Position numbers and translations under genes: made by a program
Shown here: positions 33,877 through 40,228 of the stretch, piece after piece
How positions within the stretch are numbered: the first letter of the stretch is position 1
Layout: each line of letters opens with the position of its first letter
The notes under the pieces: generated by a model
What the model was told of the DNA's origin: nothing
Database searches by the model: none
What the model saw: the letters and a program-made list of their open reading frames with translations, nothing else
Origin: Octopus bimaculoides
Lineage: Eukaryota
Length of the DNA: 40,228 bases
Direction: 5' to 3'
Assembly: GCF_001194135.2 (NCBI RefSeq)
Contig: NC_068989.1
Span: 56,131,980 to 56,172,207 of the forward strand

Positions 33877-34125
33877 TATAGGCCATCACAGAAGAGTCCA
33901 AAACTGGCTGTCCATGAGATTTCTTATATCTTGGTGATCTGTCTGTTACAGCAGGATCTATAAAAGAATTCGAGAAGGGCTTCTAGACATGAAGATGAAA
34001 GTGAAACTGAGAACTGGGAGGCCTCAAAATAAATTTAACAAAGCCTATTTTCTAGGTAAAGGTATTGGCCCTATGCAAACCCGTTTTACCTTTGGAAAGA
34101 AGTGGTCCCTACTGATCAGGCCACT
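33877..34125 (+). mobile_element. RTE LINE reverse transcriptase remnant (3' part)
   Basis: AITEESKTGCP*DFLYLGDL (AITEEFKTGCPWELLYADDL), then GLKINLTK. Confidence 0.75.
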
Positions 34126-34435
34126 GACAGTAATCACATATGCATGCAAGTGCACACACACATGCACACATGTATATACATGCACAAACATAAACCTGCA
34201 CATATAAACATATAAACCTGAGTAGAGAGACCCCCATACACACACAGCCAAGTAAATGAATATACATGAATACAAGCAAATGCATAGATATGTACTCCAG
34301 GTGTGTAACCAGACACACAAACATAATTGAGTGTCCAGATACACATATTCTTGCACACAAATATACATATAGACAATCTTGTACACACATACACACACCT
34401 ATATATATGTACATATGTGTGTGTTTAAAATTTAT

Positions 34436-34845
34436 ATGGCTGCATGGTAAGAAGCTTGCTTACTACCACATGGTTCTGGTTTCAGTCCCATAGTTTGGCA
34501 CCTTGGTCAAGTGTCTTCTACTATAGCCTCCAACTGACCAAAGCCTTGTGAGTGGATATGGTAGATGAAACTAAAAGAAACCTGTTGTATCTATGTGTGT
34601 ATGTGTGTGTGTGTGTGTGTGTGTGTCTGTGTTTGTCCGTGTTTGTCCCCCCCCCCCAATATCTTTTGACAATCGATGTTGGTGTGTTTACATCCTCATA
34701 ACTTAGCAGTTTGGCAAAAGTGACTGATAGAATAAGTACTAGGCTTACAAAGAATAAGTCCTGGGGTCAGCTTATTTGAATAAAGGCAGTGCTCCAGCAT
34801 GGCTGCAGTCAAATGACTGAAACAAATTAAAGAATAAAGAAAAGA
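34436..34845 (+). mobile_element. SINE family A, full length
   Basis: Head, (TG)n linker, tail. Confidence 0.9.
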
Positions 34846-34902
34846 AATACATACAAAGAGAGAGAGAGAGGGGGGAGAAAGATACATACATACATATATA
34901 TA

Positions 34903-35342
34903 TCATCATCATCATCATCATCATTTAACGTCCGTTGTCCAGGCTGTCATGGGTTGGATAGATTGACTTGGCCGACATACTGGAAGCCTGCGCCAAGATC
35001 CAGTCTGATTTGGCTTCATTTTCTATGGCTGGATGCCCTTCCTAATGCCAACCATTCTGAGAGTGTAATGGAAACTTTTATGTGCCACTGGCACGGGTGC
35101 CATTTGCGTGACACTGGTATATGCCCTGACTGCGATTTTTCTTGGTTTGACAGGTCTTCGTCTCAAGTACAACGAAATGCCAAAGGTCTTGCTCATTGCC
35201 TCCATGAGGCCCAACACTCAAAAGGAGCTCAGTTACTTTACCTTTGTGGGGCCTGCTCAGAAGGAACTCAGCCACCTTGCCTCCGTCAGACCAAATACTT
35301 GAAAGGAACTCAACCACTTTGCCTCCATCAGGCCCAACACTT
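34903..35342 (-). mobile_element. SINE family C, longer copy with a second minisatellite of about 41 bp
   Basis: C tail plus repeated gcctcc..ggcccaacactc..aaggaactcag units at 35195-35340. Confidence 0.85.
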
Positions 35343-35374
35343 ATATGTATGTATGTATGTATCTATGTGAGTGT

Positions 35375-35570
35375 GTCTTTGTGTTTGTATTTGCCCACAC
35401 CACCACTTGAACCCCAGTCTTAGTTTGCTTGCATCCTTGCAATTTTGGAGTTCAGCATAACAGACCAATGGAATAAAAGTAAAATAAGCAATGGAATCAA
35501 TTCATTTGACTAAAGCCCTTCAATACAGTGCCCCAGCATGGCCACAACCCAACGACTGAAACAAGATATA
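35375..35570 (+). mobile_element. SINE family A, tail half, diverged
   Basis: ccccagcatggccacaacccaacgactgaaacaag. Confidence 0.75.
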
Positions 35571-35861
35571 TATATATCATATGTATAAACATGTCTGTCT
35601 GTTTGTTTGTCTCTCTCCCCCTCCCTCCCTCCCTCCCCCCTCTCTCTCTGTATGTATATATGTATCTATGTATATACATACTGATCTAACCCATGCCAGC
35701 ATGGAAAATGGACGTTAAATGATGATGGTGACGATGACAGCATTGATATATATACATACATAGATATACATATGTATAGTCATGTATATTGTATATTTGT
35801 ATATATTATATATTTATATATGTCTGTGTGTGTATGCATGTATACATACATACATATATAT

Positions 35862-36098
35862 ATATATATAAGCATGTATGTGTGTATACAAACACCATAC
35901 ACACAAACACACACACACATACACACACTCACACTCACACATATATATATATAAGCATGTATGTGTGTATACAAACACCATACACACATACACACACTCA
36001 CACTCACACATATATATATAAGCATGTATGTGTGTATACAAACACCATACACACAAACACACACACACACACACACATACATACACTCACACTCACAC
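35862..36098. repeat. Higher-order tandem repeat of a compound microsatellite (3 units, periods 83 and 67 bp)
   Basis: Core AGCATGTATGTGTGTATACAAACACCATACACACA starts at 35871, 35954 and 36021. Confidence 0.9.
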
Positions 36099-37270
36099 AA
36101 CTAAAGGCAGATTTACATATATTTACATATATGTTATAAACAACAAGCTTCCATTCATAGAAGTTAATACTGCAATTGGTGAATTCTTTCACTAAATGTC
36201 ATCGTAATGGAAGTTTTAGTTTTATCTGGAATTCTCCATTTATTTTCTAAGTTGTTTATTTTNNNNNNNNNNNNNNNNNNNNNNNNNNNNNNNNNNNNNN
36301 NNNNNNNNNNNNNNNNNNNNNNNNNNNNNNNNNNNNNNNNNNNNNNNNNNNNNNNNNNNNNNNNNNNNNNNNNNNNNNNNNNNNNNNNNNNNNNNNNNNN
36401 NNNNNNNNNNNNNNNNNNNNNNNNNNNNNNNNNNNNNNNNNNNNNNNNNNNNNNNNNNNNNNNNNNNNNNNNNNNNNNNNNNNNNNNNNNNNNNNNNNNN
36501 NNNNNNNNNNNNNNNNNNNNNNNNNNNNNNNNNNNNNNNNNNNNNNNNNNNNNNNNNNNNNNNNNNNNNNNNNNNNNNNNNNNNNNNNNNNNNNNNNNNN
36601 NNNNNNNNNNNNNNNNNNNNNNNNNNNNNNNNNNNNNNNNNNNNNNNNNNNNNNNNNNNNNNNNNNNNNNNNNNNNNNNNNNNNNNNNNNNNNNNNNNNN
36701 NNNNNNNNNNNNNNNNNNNNNNNNNNNNNNNNNNNNNNNNNNNNNNNNNNNNNNNNNNNNNNNNNNNNNNNNNNNNNNNNNNNNNNNNNNNNNNNNNNNN
36801 NNNNNNNNNNNNNNNNNNNNNNNNNNNNNNNNNNNNNNNNNNNNNNNNNNNNNNNNNNNNNNNNNNNNNNNNNNNNNNNNNTATATACTTATATCTATAT
36901 CTATCTAACTATATTTATGTATATAAATGTATATAAATGTATATATGTGTGTGTGTACATATATGTGTGTATGTGTGCGTGTATGTGTGTGTGCGTGTGC
37001 ATGTGTGTGTGTGTACACATTATTTAGATATAGATTATATAAGTGCACATACAAATACATGCATCCACACACATATACATACATGCATGCATACATACAT
37101 ACATACATACATGCATGCATGCATACATACATGCATGCATACATACATACATGCATACATACATACATACATACATACATACATACACACACACACATAC
37201 ATACATACACGCATACATACATACATACATGCATACATACATACATGGGTGTGTATATGTGTTTACTTAC

Positions 37271-37565
37271 GAAACAAGACATTAATGACTTCGGGACAGA
37301 AACTAAAATAAATAAAAGAGCCATCAAATTTTTTTCCTTGGAATTGTTTAGATGTCTTTGAGATTTTTTTGGTGCTGGTGTTAGTGTTGTTTTTGTTGTT
37401 GCTATTATTGTCAATGTTGCTATTTCTTGATGAAGTTGTTGTTGTTGTTGTTGTTGTCGTTTTTTGTTTTTCTTGTTTCAGTGAAAACAGAATTTCCTCT
37501 TTCTTCAGTAAAGGAATTGAAAAGAGATAACAAAGATTTTCAATACTTTCTGACGATGAGGAAAA
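37271..37565 (-). CDS. Candidate coding exon of an unknown gene (unverified)
   Basis: AG at 37567-37566, 98 open codons (FSSSSESIENLCYLF..T/N-rich..KKFDGSFIYFSFCPEVINVLF), consensus donor GTAAGT at 37270-37265; no recognisable homology. Confidence 0.2.
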
Positions 37566-37569
37566 CTAA

Positions 37570-37894
37570 AGATGTGGTTGAGGTGGTGGTGGTGGCAGTG
37601 GTGGTGATGGTCATGTTAGGATGTAGTGGTGGCGGCGGTAGTGGTGGTGAGGGCTGGTGTTGGAGGTGTAATGATAGTGGTGGAAGTGTTATTGGTGATG
37701 TTGGTGCTGCTGTTGTTGTTGTTGGTGGTGGTGGTGGTGCTGCTGCTGCTGTAGGTTATATTACTGCTAGTGTCAATGTTGCTGTTGTTACTGGTGGTGG
37801 TGGTGGTGGTGGTGGCGATGTCAGTGATGTTACTGGCTGTGTTGGTGTTATTAGTGTTGGTGGTGGTGATGATGATGATGATGATGTTGTTGTT

Positions 37895-37954
<60 letters not shown>

Positions 37955-38090
37955 GGTGTGGGTGTTGGTGGCAGTGCTAGCAGTGTTGTTATTGTTGCTG
38001 CTGTTGTTGTTGTTGGTAGTGGTGGTGCTATAGTTATTGCAGCTTTTGGCAGGGGTTGTGGTGTAATTGTTAGTTGCAGTGTTGGCACTG
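37570..38090. repeat. Mosaic (GGT)/(GTT)/(GAT)/(GCT) trinucleotide tract
   Basis: Directly visible. Confidence 0.9.
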
Positions 38091-38559
38091 CTACAGGAAT
38101 GTTTGTGTAGCCCTTGTATCAACCAAAACTGAACAACCCTCCACTTAAAGACATTCTAGCTGTGACCACTTCGTCTTTTTTCTATGTACAGGAAACTAGG
38201 ATCATGCCATCCAATGTATCCTTTTTTTTTTTAAGAAGATGTGATTTGAGGGAGATTGGGCTGCTATTTCTAACAGATTGAACAACCACATAGAAGCTGA
38301 TTAGCGATCTATGTTAAAAGTGCTGCCTCTGACTAATTAAGCCAAAGTTCCAAAGGCATTCAAGCTATGGCCATTCCACAGTTGTGGGTAGAATATTTTT
38401 CTACCGTAGGCCAGACTTATGCATGTTTTTCGGACATAGTATTGTCTTTTAGAACATATCATCCAATACATCATTACATTTTTGTAAACTGCTGTATGAT
38501 TAGAGAGAGGTTTAGCTGCTATTTCTAGTAAGTTGAATGATGATACCATGTTCATCTGT

Positions 38560-39365
38560 TTGGGATCAAAGAAGGCCATAACTTTGGCTATGTAGCACAC
38601 CAATAGAGAATTACAGCCCACATGGGGGACCAGAAAATTGCAGCAATTCCCAACTATACTGCATTTTCTGTTTAGTGGCAGTCTTGTTTCAAAAAGGTCT
38701 GTATTTTGTGAAGCAAAAGATCTCCCTGAACCCAAATAGTAAGTTCTGGATAGGAGCCACAGCAAAGGCATTGTTTTGAAACCAGAAGTCATTTGTGCCT
38801 CAACTAGGACAAGGTGGACAAATTTCTTCAGATGTCTAGAAGGGTTTGGAAAATGTCCCTCTAGTTAGCACTTGTGAGTGACTAGAAATGGCATCTTGGA
38901 AGCACACTGAGATTGCATACAAGAAGGGTGTAAAGCCTTGCAACCCTGCTCAGCACCTTTTCAACTGTCTGACAGGTATCAGCTACATTTCCTGAATGTG
39001 CCAGTACTGACTTGGACAAACCACACTGGATCATCTACAAAGAGTATTTTCTAGGTCAGCAGAAATGAATAGCTACAGCATTCATAATTTTGGCTGGTCA
39101 GCTAAACAGACTGTAAGCTTGTAACCTACACAGACAACCTAGAAGCTAAGCATGGCATTCCCAATGTCAAAAGCCTACATTGCCCAAATTAATGAACTTG
39201 TTAAGTGTTAAGTTGACAGGAGAAATCATCAGTAACCAGTAGGAGGTTGTTTTTAAGAAAGCCTTTACAACAGAATTCATAGAATATAGCAAATAGTTAG
39301 CTATAGAAAACTGTAGATTATTTAGACAGTTATGCATCAGATTTGAAGAGAACAGGCCTCAAGAC
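38560..39365 (+). mobile_element. Highly decayed RTE LINE (post-RT to C-terminus)
   Basis: Collinear AM*HTNRELQ, EGFGK, KHTEIAYK, FIILAGQL, LPKL..KLTG, RQLCIRFEENR. Confidence 0.45.
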
Positions 39366-39414
39366 TAATATGCTAGTGGTAAGAATAGCACTCAACCATT
39401 TCTTTGATAAGAAA

Positions 39415-39805
39415 CTAGGAGTAGCTGTGTGGTAAGTAGCTTGCTTACCAACCACATGGTTCTGGGTTCAGTCCCACTGTGTGGCACCTTGGGTTCTCGG
39501 GCCAACCAAAGCCTTGTGAGTGGATTTGGTAGACGGAAACTGAAAGAAGCCTGTCGTATATATATATATATGTGTGTGTGTGTGTATGTTTGTGTGTCTG
39601 TGTTTGTCCCTCCAACATCACTTGACAACCGATGCTGGTGTGTTTACATCCCCGTAACTTAGCAGTTTGGCAAAAGAGACCGATAGAATAAGTACTAGGC
39701 TTACAAAGAATAAGTCCTGGGGTCAATTTGCTCGACTAAAAGGCGGTGCTCCAGCATGGCCACAGTCAAATGACTGAAACAACTAAAAGAGTAAAAGAGT
39801 AAAGA
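39415..39805 (+). mobile_element. SINE family A, young near-consensus copy
   Basis: A box AGCTGTGTGGTAAG, B box GGTTCAGTCCC, tail aaagagtaaaagagt; small internal deletion. Confidence 0.95.
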
Positions 39806-40033
39806 GTGATTTAATCAGTGCTAAGACATATTCTCCAAGACATGAGGAGCTAAAAGCTATTTGTTGTGTCCAAATGGAAGAAGCATGACAAATATAAATA
39901 AACCTACTATTTAATCTTTAAGGGGCTATGATAAGTGCATGCTGTTCAATTCCAGGATAGTGTGTGCAGTCATCTAGCAGCATTTTGCCCAACATTTTTA
40001 AAAGTAATGTTAACAATGAACTTTAGTGCTTAC

Positions 40034-40086
40034 CTTGATGGCCTGTTCCAGTTATCAGGAGAAAAAGTGGAAAGTTGTGAATTAAC
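40034..40086 (-). CDS. Candidate 53-nt exon (unverified)
   Basis: CTAAT branch-like motif and TTGTCTCAG acceptor, AAG|GTAAGC donor; open as VNSQLSTFSPDNWNRPS or LIHNFPLFLLITGTGHQ. Confidence 0.25.
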
Positions 40087-40228
40087 CTGAGACAACAGGT
40101 GAGTTTTGATTAGTGGTATGTGGTTGCACAAGGAATAAATTATAGAGATTAGATAGTTTGCCTTATAAACTTCGTTAATTATATCAACACACTCACACAC
40201 ACACACACGCACGCACGCACGCACGCAC

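Noticed and set aside
37427-38110. 227-aa ORF with a signal-peptide-like start (MMKLLLLLLL..) and G/V-rich body, and its mucin-like antisense frames
   Set aside because: The poly-Leu comes from a (GTT)n repeat, and the body is a trinucleotide mosaic open in several frames on both strands.

Overview
AT-rich animal genomic DNA, saturated with microsatellites, from a gapped short-read scaffold (about 12 N-gaps). I recognise the SINE families and the (TA)/(CA)/(TACA)/(CAT) load as typical of Octopus; this is inference, not a database result. No host protein-coding gene or RNA gene can be confidently called, and nearly all supplied ORFs are microsatellite, gap or SINE artefacts. The window is a layered transposon graveyard. 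It holds four SINE families, labelled locally: A is a bipartite tRNA-headed SINE with a central microsatellite, B is a tRNA-headed SINE, C carries an RTE-type (GAT)n tail, and D is a tRNA-headed SINE with a 15-bp TSD. It also holds a Ty3/Gypsy pol fossil (PR-RT-RH, probably IN) cut into about six pieces by SINEs, several RTE remnants, a CR1/L2 3' end, two Tc1/mariner remnants, and piggyBac-, Harbinger- and Helentron-like non-autonomous elements. The most interesting signal is not in the ORF track. There are two complete-core type I hammerhead ribozyme motifs on the minus strand (28605-28701 and 17491-17610), plus degenerate ones, with palindromic stem III, unusually long stem II insertions and no adjacent RT ORF. 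One has a 40-bp inverted copy that starts exactly at the predicted self-cleavage site. These point to a Penelope-derived or retrozyme-like non-autonomous retroelement system. All protein-family assignments are by-eye motif matches and need HMM confirmation, and element boundaries are approximate.
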